The notes under the pieces: generated by a model
Told to the model about the DNA's origin: nothing
The model's input: only the letters and a program-made list of their open reading frames with translations
The model's database searches: none
Assembly (NCBI GenBank): GCA_002269645.1
Contig: NIVC01000462.1
Coordinates: 649,516-713,515, forward strand
DNA: 64,000 nucleotides
Direction: 5' to 3'
Source of the DNA: Macrostomum lignano
Taxonomy: Eukaryota
Position numbers and translations under genes: made by a program
Shown: one piece after another, positions 52,446-64,000 of the stretch
How positions within the stretch are numbered: position 1 is the first letter of the stretch
Layout of the letters: each line of letters begins with the position of its first letter

Positions 52446-54363
52446 TTCACCTGGTCACAATAAAGGCCAGCAGGTGCCTGAAGTAGCCTTTGCTAGCCAG
52501 GTACTGCCGCAGCGCCGGGGAGACACCCCCGCCGCCCTGCAGCGCCAGCTCGAGCACCCGCAGAGGCCCGGCGTACATTCGGCTGTCTGCGTGCTGGTCC
52601 AGCCGAGACAGGTGCGCCAGCGAGTTGCCAAGGAATTTGCCCAGGGCGAATGAGTCCAAATCGAGGCCGACTGATGAGGAAGCGGAAGATGGAGGACGCT
52701 GGGCAGCAAAAGAGCTGATGGCCCGGTGGTGCTTCACGTATAGGGAGCAGAGGTGCACCTGAAATACAGGTTGGGGGTTGGCGGGATTTAGTAGGTGTGA
52801 CCGCGTGGGAAAGCGGTGATCACACAGGTGATACCACAAGTGAGAAACCTGTGATCACACAGGTGACACCGCAGTGAGAAACCGGTGATCACAGGTGACA
52901 CCGCAGTGAGAAACAGGACACAAGCAGAAATCAAGATACTCACAATCCTGTCGCCATCCAGATGAGGCAAATAAAAATTATTCAGGCACTTGGCCAGCAG
53001 CAGAAAGTTGTCCCTGACTCCGGCATCGCCGCTGCTGTTGTCCAGAACGCTGGCAGCGGCCGCGGCCAGTTCGTCAAATCGCTGTCGAGTGAGATTTTGA
53101 GTGAGTCGGCGGCTCTGGCTGCCACGGTAGAAAGCCTGGATTCTGGTGGCTGCTTCCTCCTCTTGGCGGCGGTGCTGCAATCCGAAATTCCCCCCAATAT
53201 GATATAGTATGGAGTGCTCAAGGACCACTACAAATTGCTGTAGTATGGAGTGCTCAAGGACCACTACAAATTGCTCTAGTATGGAGTGCTCAAGGACCAT
53301 TACAAATTGCTCTAGTATGGAGTGCTCAAGGACTACTACAAGCTGCTCTAGTATGGAGTGCTCAAGGACCACTACAATTGCTGTAGTATGGAGTGCTCAA
53401 GGACCATTACAAATTGCTCTAGTATGGAGTGCTCAAGGACTACTACAAGCTGCTCTAGTATGGAGTGCTCAAGGACAACTAAAAAGTGCTCTAGTATGGA
53501 GTGCTCAAGGACCACTACAAATTGCTGTAGTATGGAGTGCTCAAGGACCACTACAAATTGCTGTAGTATGGAGTGCTCAAGGACCACTACAAATTGCTCT
53601 AGTATGGAGTGCTCAAGGACCACTACAAATTGCTCTAGTATGGAGTGCTCAAGGACCACTACAAATTGCTGTAGTATGGAGTGCTCAAGGACCACTACAA
53701 ATTGCTGTAGTATGGAGTGCTCAAGGACCACTACAAATTGCTCTAGTATGGAGTGCTCAAGGACCACTACAAATTGCTGTAGTATGGAGTGCTCAAGGAC
53801 CACTACAAATTGCTGTAGTATGGAGTGCTCAAGGACCACTACAAATTGCTGTAGTATGGAGTGCTCAAGGACCACTACAAATTGCTCTAGTATGGAGTGC
53901 TCAAGGACTACTACAAGCTGCTCTAGTATGGAGTGCTCAAGGACCATTACAAATTGCTCTAGTATGGAGTGCTCAAGGACCATTACAAATTGCTCTAGTA
54001 TGGAGTGCTCAAGGACCATTACAAATTGCTCTAGTATGGAGTGCTCAAGGACCACTATAAATTGTATTTATTTAGTTTAGTAGTTCCATTTAATGAATAA
54101 GTTAGTCGTTACCGATATGTATCGAAAATCAACTCAACAAACCTCACCTCTCTAAGCAGTCGTTGTTTCCGACTCTTCTCCAGCAAGTCGTTCTTTGTGT
54201 CCTGTTGATTTAAGCAATATTAAATTAGAATTTTAAATAACACAAGAAAAAGATTATTTTACAAAAAATCAATCATAAAATATCCTAGCTTATGCATCTA
54301 AAGAATTCTTACATCGTCATAGGCGGGTAGACCTTTAAAATCGGTAACGTAACCTCCGTACAT
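44616..54363 (-). CDS. UBE3C: HECT E3 ubiquitin ligase of the UBE3C/UBE3B (Hul5-like) family, ~1086 aa, 10 exons: 54363-54313, 54201-54148, 53174-52944, 52758-52451, 51963-51736, 51181-50725, 50329-49917, 49255-48727, 46878-46541, 45267-44616
   Basis: N-terminal DFK..P and IQ motif (IQAFYRG). HECT motifs [51 protein letters not shown]. All GT-AG with consistent phases, summing to 3261 nt. The first exon is the least certain. Confidence 0.88.
45290..46460. repeat. 35-bp intronic minisatellite (UBE3C intron 9)
   Basis: (TTTCGATACATATCGGCGATTCTGATTATTTTTAC)n. Confidence 0.95.
46905..48680. repeat. 20/18-bp intronic minisatellite (intron 8)
   Basis: GAGATATGGGATCAGAGAGT grading to GAAGGAGATATGGGATCATA and GGAGTATATGGGATCATA. 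Confidence 0.95.
49265..49905. repeat. 34-bp intronic minisatellite (intron 7)
   Basis: (CGATTGGGATATTGTCAGACTGGGGATTTGAGCC)n. Confidence 0.95.
50345..50640. repeat. 24-bp intronic minisatellite (intron 6)
   Basis: (CCAACCCTGCATCTCATAAACTGA)n. Confidence 0.95.
51230..51700. repeat. 21-bp intronic minisatellite (intron 5)
   Basis: (GATCGAGTTGTGGGATCTCAA)n. Confidence 0.95.
51985..52445. repeat. (TCTG)n microsatellite (intron 4)
   Basis: Tetranucleotide array. Confidence 0.97.
53205..54058. repeat. 36-bp intronic minisatellite (intron 2)
   Basis: (ATGGAGTGCTCAAGGACCACTACAAATTGCTGTAGT)n. Confidence 0.95.
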
Positions 54364-56826
54364 AACGTTATCTTACACTAGGTATGACTTAGGCCAAGGA
54401 CAGCAATGTGAGAATGAAATTTATTTTAAGCTTTAAGCAACAGAAGTTCAGTTCTGATTTTCTGCTAGAATATTTAAAGCAGCACATTGAGGGATTAGGG
54501 CAGGGTAGGGTAACGCACACATGCTACAATTGCGTACAAACTTACTCAGTCAGTCACCAAAATCAAGAGAAGGAAGTCAGCCTATATGCAGTGTTTTCTG
54601 CACTGCAGGATTTGCATACCATGTGCCGGCGTGTGTAAATAACAGAAAAATACAAGCCTTTGCTCAGGGACGAAAAGGTGAGCCGTGTTCTCAGACAGGA
54701 CAGAGGGAGCACCACGTTGGGGGTCTGGGGGAAATAAATTTTCTGACTGTCCAAAACAAATCTCAAGCCGAAAAAAACTATGCCCAGTGCCTCCTCCTCC
54801 TCTACTCTCAGGAAAAAGATTAGCAAACTTGTCGTCAAAGTAAAAGCTTTGCAGGTTTGCAGACTGATTGCTGAATTCATTGCGGCAACAGCTGCGAAAA
54901 AGAACCGATTTATTGTTTGCTAGACGATTTTTTTATATAAAAAAACAATAAATCTACGAGTGTTAAGACACGTCCGTGCCATGCTACTGTCATTAGTAGA
55001 GACAAGATTTCATCTACCCTATGATATCATCCACTGAAAAAGACCCACTATAAGTGTGATTATATGCAGTTCTTTTACTTTTTTAGCCAATGCTGTTGAT
55101 GTCATATCTTGTTTTTTTATATTAGACACAAGGGACTGCGTGCAACCTTGGCGCACTTTAAGCGACATTGTTGCACAACTGGCAAGAGGCATTACTGCTC
55201 ATTCCACTGACTCCCCTGAGCAGGCACGCATCAGATTGCAGGGAGGTTACAAAGTTATTTCACTATTTAAGTTCGTGCAAAACTTCTTAATAATGATTAA
55301 CAAGAGACTTTTCTTAGTTGTTTTTAGCATAATATACTTTAATTACTGTATTAGACACATACTAATTTAACAAAGATATTCTATCAATCATCTATATGAT
55401 TGATAGATGAGTGTATATGTAAATTCTATTATTCTAACAGCTTCCATTAAATGTAGTTAAAGTAGGTTAAGTCTAAATAAGCAGATTGAATTTTATTATC
55501 CAATTAAATTTGCAAGGGTCCACCTCCTTTGGGTGCCTTGAAGAACTCTAGTAACTTTCCTTTCTAACAGGATAACCAACCTGCTAGCACTTCCCGACGA
55601 TTGGGACAGTGAGTTATGGCATGCCACACAGAAATTTGAGCTGCTTCATGACTCGCGCAGGCCAAAACAGAAGTTTGCCATATCTGCACCCGGAAGGGCA
55701 TGAGTACAGCCAATGTCCAGTGTCTAAACATGGATAAAATCACTAGTGAAATAGCAAAACAGGCCCACAACACAAGGCCATTGGCACAGGAACACCTCAA
55801 CTGCCAACTCAAGGCAAAGGTGGCCCAGGAGGCCAAACAGGCACCATCCAGAAGCATGGCCACTTAGCCACCAATGGGGCATAAGGTTTAGTCATGCACC
55901 TCAAGAACCTTGCACATGGTGAGCACCTCTATCGAGCGGATCCAGCAGTTGCAGGCTGTGGTGCCAAAATTGATGACACAAATCCCAGATGAGATACAGT
56001 TGGTGGAGACTACTACAATGGTGACACCGCGGCTCCCAGTCCTGGCAGAGCATCAAAGTACCTGCCAGGTGCTGAATCCCTCCTGCATCAGCTGCTACCA
56101 TACCCTGACAAGATAAGGACTAGCCAATGGATGCAGCAGCAACTAGGCCAGAGTATTACTAGGCCATTTCTCTCAGAAGGAATCAACAATAGAAGGCAAG
56201 GCAGTGCTATAGAAGCTAGCATTCATATTTTGACCTTTGGGCACTATAACAATAGCAATAGGACCCAATATTCTAAAAAAGCACTAAGAATTCTTGGTCA
56301 TAGCAGAGTTGGACCTTCTAGATCAAGGGTCGTTTCTGAGGCAGCTTCTACTAGTACTAGTAATGCTTAGTCACTTACAACCTGTGCCAAGGCACAATAG
56401 ATTTTTGTCATATTTTTTCCATGTTGAACTTGCATTAATATAAAAACACATACTGTCTGAGCTGAACTTCTCCATTTCAAGTCAGAGGCTTAAAGTGAGG
56501 TTTGGTCATAAGTTATTTATAAAGAAGACAGAGCAAATATTGAGTTGAAATTTGATATGCTAGCAAAAATCATGTCAATAAAATAACATGCAAATAATTA
56601 AGAAGCTATATATTAATAACTATAAAAAGTGTTTACTTAGCAAATTTATTTCTTAAGATTACTAACCATTCATGCCCAACTTCGAAATTTCAACCAGCCA
56701 TGCAACTTACTTTTTGACCAAAAATGTGACTTACCTATAAAAGAAACCCTAAAGCAAAAATTAACATAATTTTGGGCAAATGGTAGGAGTAACTATAACT
56801 ATATTATTAGGGCTAATTCCTCGTCA

Positions 56827-59800
56827 TCTAATCCATTATACTAAAAATCAGAACTATGTACCTACCTACCTATCTATCTATCTATCTATAGGAACCTTCG
56901 TTTAACTTGACTTTGCGTGGTCCGAATTTCGTAGGGTTTTCTGCATTCGATGCGTATTGATGGTGCGCTGGTACACATAATTTTGCTAAGAAATTGCTTC
57001 ATTTTTTCGGGATTAAATATTCGAAAAACTCGATTTTTGCCCCATTTTTTAAAGTTCAAACAGTTTTTTTCCGATTAAGAAGCGTTCTGACTGCCGATGG
57101 AATTGTATTGCATCATAACTCAGTGCCAACTATAGCATTGGTTCTCTACAATGGCGTGGAAAGCTACAAGCATTGAAAGGTTGCGCAACACCTTTAAGTT
57201 ATTGAAATTGGGGGGAGGGTTTCGCCATTCAATTAGTCCTGGGCATTGCTTGGTTGTTAATTTCAATGCATCAACTTGCATGCCTCTCACTGTAGCTGGC
57301 GCTGAATGTACACCTTTTTAATTTCAATGCTTTAGAGCAGGAATGTTCAATCGTTGTTTGCGCTTTGAGTTTTTCACTTTCAGAAGAGAGCCTTGTATTG
57401 CTGGAAAGAGCTTGGAACGCTGAGTTCGGGAATATAATTTGTTTTCTGAGATTCGAAAAACTAAGAGCACAGCATTAAAAAGAAGATTTTTATACTTTTT
57501 ACTTTATATACTCATTGTACGCTCTTCCATATCGCAAACCCCTACTTTATCGCAACTCCGCAATTCAAGCCAGCGCCATTGTATTTAAATTTAGATTGCG
57601 TAATAAATTTATGTATTAAAGTGACAAAATTTTTCACTTTAATTGTTGACTTTAATAATTGAAACTGATATTGCCTGCCTGAGAAATTGATTATGTCATA
57701 ACTTGCTTCGAGTGATTTCTATGCTTGGAGTTTTCAGTGTTGAATTATATAAGTGCTACAATTCATATTATCAAAACGATGAGTTAGCCTAGAGGTGAAC
57801 AGACTGAACTGCTAATGCAGCGACGTGGGTTCGAATTTTTAGAGAGTAAAAGTATTTTTATTAAAAATTTTAACTTTAAAAAACGTCCGGTAAATCAGGT
57901 AAAAAAGAAGAAGCTACGAGTGTTCATGTAGTAGATTCAAATTTTTTTATTAAACTTTGAATTTTGAAAAGGATTATTGCACTAGATAAGAAACTAATTA
58001 TTGTACTAGCTGAGTAAATTGTTTCCCTGTCTTGCTTGGGTTACTTTCTATCAGGGGATGTGTTGTGAATTGAACTCCGACTGAAGTATTTAACTCATGA
58101 GCTTAAGATTATTTATATTTCTTATTTGAGAGAGATCAAGAAGGTGAGCTCTAGCAACTTTGGGCTAGAGCTAATTACCATAATTACTAATTACCATAGA
58201 AGAAACTGTAGCGATAGAATGCTTAGAGGAGATTAGTGCAAACAAACGGCATTGAATAACGAACTTGAACTTATATAAACTATAGTGCATCTCAGTGTGC
58301 GATACACCACAGGATGCTTGCTATCGAATGGACGCTTGCTCTTAGGGCATGCTTGATCGGGTGAGATTGCTAAGATGTCAAGACATACTGGGGAATTATT
58401 CAGATATGCAGGCTTACTGGGGAATTACTGAGAGAGATGTCAAGCCTTAAAGGGACTTGCTGAGATGCCAAAAGGAAATTGCTGAGGTTTCAAGGCGTAG
58501 GGGAATTTCTGAGATGTCAGGCCCTTGGACGGGGAGAAATTGCTAAGTTGTGAAGACCTACTGAGGAAATCACTGAGCCTTGACACCTCAGTTCATTCTC
58601 TCTTAAGCTTTGACATCTCAGCAATTCGCTCTCAAGGCTGAAGAGGGACTTTTTGAGACGCCAAGGCTTGGTGGGGGGATTGCTGAGATGTTAAGGCTTG
58701 GGGGGAATGTCTGAGATATAAAGGCTTAATGGGGGAACTGCTGGCGTGGGGGGAATTTCTAAAATGTCAAGGCTTGGGGGAATCACTGAGATGTTAAGAC
58801 TTACTGGGGGAATCACTGAGATATAAAGGCTTACTTGGAGACTGCTGAGATGTCAAGTCTTGGCGGGGGAATTCCTGAAATTTCAAGTCTTGAGAGTGAA
58901 TTTCTGAGATATCAAAGCTTAAGAGAGAATGAACTGAGGTGTCAAGGCTTGGGGGGAATTGTTGAGATGTCAAGTCTTGGGGGGGGGAATTCTGTGGATT
59001 GGGGATTCCTTCCATGAGGGCTGCTTCTAATGGATATCTTTAGATAGGTGATTCATTGGGAAATTCCATCGATGGGGGATTCTTTCGATGGAGGGTTCTT
59101 TGAATGGGGGATTCTTTAGATGAAGGATTCTTTGGCCTAGGATTTTATTGATGGGGGATTATTTAGATGGGAGATTCTTTGGATTCTTTAGATGGAGATT
59201 ATTTGGAGTATGATTCTTTGGATTATTTGGACGGGGTTCTTTAGATGAGGGGACTCAGATTCAGATTCAATGATTCAATGATTCTTTTGATGGAGGTTTA
59301 TTTATTTATTTGGATGAGTGAATATTTGCATTATTTTGATCGGGATTCTGTGGATGGGGATTATTTTGATCGGGATTCTATGGATGGGAGGATTCTTTGG
59401 ATAGGGATGGATGGGGGGATTCTTTGGATAGGGATGGATGGGGGGATTCTTTGGATAGGGATGGATGGGGGATTCTTTGGATAGGGATGGATGGGGGGTT
59501 CTTTGGATAGGGATGGATGGGGGAATTCTTTGGATAGGGATGGATGGGGGGTTCTTTGGATAGGGATGGATGGGGGATTCTTTGGATAGGGATGGATGGG
59601 GGATTCTTTGGATAGGGATGGATGGGGGATTCTTTGGATAGGGATGGATGGGGGATTCTTTGGATAGGGATGGATGGGGGATTCTTTGGATAGGGATGGA
59701 TGGGGGATTCTTTGGATAGGGATGGATGGGGGATTCTTTGGATAGGGATGGATGGGGGATTCTTTGGATAGGGATGGATGGGGGATTCTTTGGATACAGT

Positions 59801-61416
59801 TGGATGGGGGATTCTTTGGATAGGGATGGATGGGGGGATTCTTTGGATAGGGATGGATGGGGGATTCTTTGGATAGGGATGGATGGGGGATTCTTTGGAT
59901 AGGGATGGATGGGGGATTCTTTGGATAGGGGATTCTGTCGATGGGGGATTCATTGGCAGGGGAATTCTTCGGATCGGGGATTCTATCGATGGGGGTTCTT
60001 GGATGGGGATTCTCTGCATGTGAGATTCTTTGTATCGTGGATTCTATGGGTGGTGGATTCTTTGGATGGGGGATTCTTTAAATTTGAGATTCAGTTGGGT
60101 GAAATTTTATTGCATTGAAAAACTGTGGTTGGAGTTTGGACGAATAGCCCCAATGGGGGTTGGAATTGGCTAGCTGAGGAAATTGTTTCACTAATCTTGG
60201 TGGGGGTACTTTCTATCAGGGGATGCTTGCTCGGAAGAGAATTCTAAGATGGCAAGATTTACAGGGGGAATTATTGAAATACATGTATAAAATCTTACCT
60301 ATTGGAATTAATGAGATGTGAAGGCTTAAGAGGGACTTGCTGAGATGCAAGACTTGTAGGGGAGAATTGCTGAGATTTCAAGGCTTAACGGGGAACTGCT
60401 GAGATGTCAAGGCTTCGGACGGGGAGAAATTGGTGAGATGTCAAGGCTTTGGACGGGGAGAAATTGGTAAGATGTCAAGGCTTTGGACGGGGAGAAATTG
60501 GTAAGATGTCAAGGCTTTGGACTGGGAGAAATTGGTAAGATGTCAAGGCTTGGGGGAATTTTATGAGGTGTCGAGGCTCGGGGGAATTGCTGAGATGTTA
60601 AGTTTTGGGGGGAATTCTATGGATTGATGATTCTTTGGATGAGGGATGCTTCTAATGGATATCTTTGGATAGGTGATTCATTAGGGAATTCCTTTGATGG
60701 GGCATTGTTTCGATGGAGGGTTTTTCGAATAGTTGATTCTTTAGATGAAGGATTCGCTTGATGGGGGGGGGGGGTTATTTGGACGGGGGTTCTTTAGATG
60801 AGGGGGTTCTTTGGCCAAGAATTCTACTAATAGGGGGATTATTTGGATAGGAGATTCTTTAGATTCGTTGGATGGGGATTATTCGGACGGGGTTCTTTAG
60901 ATGAGGGAATTCTTTGGCCAATTATTTCTTTGATGGCGGATTATTTAGATGGGAGATCTATGGATTATTTAGATGGGGATTATGATGTGAATTATTTGGA
61001 CGGGGATTCATTGGGGGGGATTCTTTGGATATGGATGGATGGGGGATTCTTTAGGTAGGAATGAATGAGGAAATTCTTTGGATAGGAATGAATGAGGAAA
61101 TTCTTTGGCTAGGGATGGATGGAGGATTCTTTATATTTGGATTCTGTGGATGAGGGATTCTTTGGATGGGGATTCTGTGGATGAGGGATTCTTTGGATGG
61201 GGATTCTTTAGATAGGGGGCTTCTGTAGATCGGGGATTTCTTGAGTAGGGGATTCATTGAATGGGGAATTATTCGGATCGGTGATTCTATCGATGGGGGT
61301 TCTTTGGATGGGGGATTCTTTGCATGTGAGATTCTTTGCATCGGGGATTTTGTGGATGCGGAAAACTGTGGTTGGAGTTTGGATGGAAAGCCCCAACGGG
61401 GGTTGGAATTGGCTAG
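56827..61416 (+). mobile_element. Composite non-autonomous Helitron-like array with a duplicated 3' module
   Basis: 5' TC...TATACTAAAAA plus microsatellite start at 56827. 3' hairpin CCCCAA[TC]GGGG followed by CTAG at 60170-60173 and again at 61413-61416. 58006-60173 is repeated as 60174-61416. Confidence 0.6.
59385..59930. repeat. ~26-bp G-rich minisatellite (GGGGGATTCTTTGGATAGGGATGGAT)n
   Basis: Tandem array inside the Helitron-like module. Confidence 0.95.
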
Positions 61417-61444
61417 TCCTATATATATATATATATATATTATA

Positions 61445-62105
61445 TCTAATATACTAAAAATGAAATGCTTGGTTGCTTGCTTGTAATTGATTTTCTCCCG
61501 AACGGCTCAACCGATTTTCTTCAAACTTGCACCATTCGATCAGAAATTTTCCCGGGACGGTACATGCATATTGGCTAAGAAATTGCTCAATGTTAAAGGG
61601 ATTAAATATTCGAAAAACATGATTTTTTGCAAAGGTCAAGCAGCTCTTTCGACCTGAAATGCATTGTAAGAATGCTAGAGAAAAATCTGACTGGTTGAAT
61701 TCTGATTCTGAAATAGATTGCATCACAATACACTTTATTTATCGTCTGTGTACTGGCTGAATTTGACACTCAATTGAATTGCGTCACAGCTTTGAGGGTG
61801 AAAGTATAGTGCAGTACTGAATTTATATTACGTAACCATATTGTAAACTTTCATAGACACTGGTACTGACTTGCCTAAGAAATTGATTATGTCATAACTG
61901 CTTCGCGTGACTTTTTACTCTACCTGACTTGGTGTGAGTGTTGAATTAATTATATAAGTGGTACAAATTCACTGATAACTTCGATGAGAGCTAGCCTAGA
62001 GCTGAGCAGACCAGACTGCTAATGCAGCGACCTGGGTTCGAATCTAAGTAGTTTAAAAGTAGTAGTGTAAAATTTTTTATTAAAAGCTTTTATTAAAGGA
62101 CTAAA
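61445..62105 (+). mobile_element. Helitron-like 5' portion (second copy) with a tRNA-derived segment at ~61988-62046
   Basis: TCTAATATACTAAAAATG...ACGGCTCAACCGATTTTC start typical of non-autonomous Helitrons. Homologous to 56827-57960. A-box-like TAGCCTAGAG and B-box GGTTCGAATC. Confidence 0.6.
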
Positions 62106-62109
62106 TAAA

Positions 62110-63990
62110 AACACTTAGATTACTGCACTCGATAAGCCAAGGATTATTGCTATTAATAAACCAAGGATTACTGCACTCGATAAGCCAAGGATTATTGCTA
62201 TTAATAAACCAAGGATTACTGCACTCGATAAGCCAAGGATTATTGCTATTAATAAACTAAGGATTACTGCACTCGATAAACCAAGGATTATTGCTATTAA
62301 TAAACCAAGGATTATGCACTTGGCAAACCAAGGATTACTGCAATCGATAAGCCAAGGATTATTGCTATTAATAAACCAAGCATTACTGCACTCAATAAAC
62401 CAAGGACTATTGCTATTAATAAACCAAGGATTACTGCACTAAAAAAACCAAGGACTATTGCTCTTGGCAAACCAAGGATTACTGCAATCGATAAGCCAAG
62501 GATTATTGCTATTAATAAACCAAGGATTACTGCACTCGATAAGCCAAGGATTATTGCTATTAATAAACCAAGGATTAATGCACTCGATAAACCAAGGATT
62601 ATTGCTATTAATAAACCAAGGATTACTGCACTCGATAAGCCAAGGATTATTGCTATTAATAAACCAAGGATTATGCACTTGGCAAACCAAGGATTACTGC
62701 ACTCGATAAGCCAAGGATTATTGCTATTAATAAACCAAGGATTACTGCACTCAATAAACCAAGGACTATTGCTATTAATAAACCAAGGATTACTGCACTC
62801 AATAAACCAAGGACTATTGCTCTTGGCAAACCAAGGATTACTGCACTCGATAAGCCAAGGACTATTGCTCTTGGCAAACCAAGGATTACTGCACTCGATA
62901 AGCCATGGATTATTGCTATTAATAAACCAAGGATTACTGCACTCGATAAGCCAAGGATTATTGCTATTAATAAACCAAGGATTACTGCACTCAATAAACC
63001 AAGGACTATTGCTCTTGGCAAACCAAGGATTACTGCACTCGATAAGCCAAGGACTATTGCTCTTGGCAAACCAAGGATTACTGCACTCGATAAGCCATGG
63101 ATTATTGCTATTAATAAACCAAGGATTACTGCACTCGATAAGCCAAGGATTATTGCTATTAATAAACCAAGGATTACTGCACTCGATAAGCCATGGATTA
63201 TTGCTATTAATAAACCAAGGATTACTGCACTCGATAAGCCAAGGATTATTGCTATTAATAAACCAAGGATTACTGCACTCGATAAGCCATGGATTATTGC
63301 TATTAATAAACCAAGGATTACTGCACTCGATAAGCCAAGGATTATTGCTATTAATAAACCAAGGATTAATGCACTCGATAAACCAAGGATTATTGCTATT
63401 AATAAACCAAGGATTACTGCACTCGATAAGCCAAGGATTATTGCTATTAATAAACCAAGGATTATGCACTTGGCAAACCAAGGATTACTGCACTCGATAA
63501 GCCAAGGATTATTGCTATTAATAAACCAAGGATTACTGCACTCAATAAACCAAGGACTATTGCTATTAATAAACCAAGGATTACTGCACTCAATAAACCA
63601 AGGACTATTGCTCTTGGCAAACCAAGGATTACTGCACTCGATAAGCCAAGGACTATTGCTCTTGGCAAACCAAGGATTACTGCACTCGATAAGCCATGGA
63701 TTATTGCTATTAATAAACCAAGGATTACTGCACTCGATAAGCCAAGGATTATTGCTCTTGGCAAACCAAGGATTACTGCACTCGATAAGCCATGGATTAT
63801 TGCTATTAATAAACCAAGGATTACTGCACTCGATAAGCCAAGGATTATTGCTATTAATAAACCATGAATTACTGCACTCGATAAGCCAAGGATTATTGCT
63901 ATTAATAAACCAAGGATTACTGCACTCGATAAGCCATGGATTATTGCTATTAATAAACCAAGGATTACTGCACTCGATAGCCAAGGATTA
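62110..63990. repeat. 24-bp-based (48-bp dimeric) minisatellite
   Basis: Alternating CCAAGGATTATTGCTATTAATAAA and CCAAGGATTACTGCACTCGATAAG units. Confidence 0.97.
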
Positions 63991-64000
63991 CTGCGCTTGA

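Noticed and set aside
55660-55730. CHICTRKGHEYSQCP zinc knuckle as a gene
   Set aside because: It needs a frameshift and is surrounded by stops; at best an unassignable gag-like relic.
57781-57836. tRNA genes here and at 61988-62046, 19240-19300, 23740-23800
   Set aside because: Only A/B-box-like remnants are present, with no complete cloverleaf or acceptor stem; SINE-like.

Overview
Eukaryotic (animal) genomic DNA. The GC3-rich exons, minisatellite-filled introns and repeat landscape resemble a macrostomid flatworm such as Macrostomum; this is inference only. Genes reconstructed by hand: (1) a complete 10-exon UBE3C-like HECT E3 ligase on the minus strand (54363->44616, about 1086 aa), in which 8 of 9 introns contain their own tandem repeat; (2) a cluster of six two-exon paralogues encoding small secreted WSC + PAN/Apple-like proteins (15.7-42.6 kb), four intact and two damaged, with hypervariable WSC loops and signs of gene conversion; (3) a 3-exon GPI-anchored Ly6/three-finger-like gene missed by the ORF track. 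Mobile DNA includes a 7.9-kb non-coding foldback element with 2.5-kb terminal inverted repeats and a 6-bp TSD, whose empty-site paralogue lies in the same window. There is also a decayed Maverick/Polinton (pPolB + adenain protease), a young gag-protease-only LTR element with TSD, other Ty3/gypsy, mariner, LINE and Helitron pieces, and a Penelope-type minimal hammerhead ribozyme. Most long ORFs in the supplied track are artefacts of tandem repeats.
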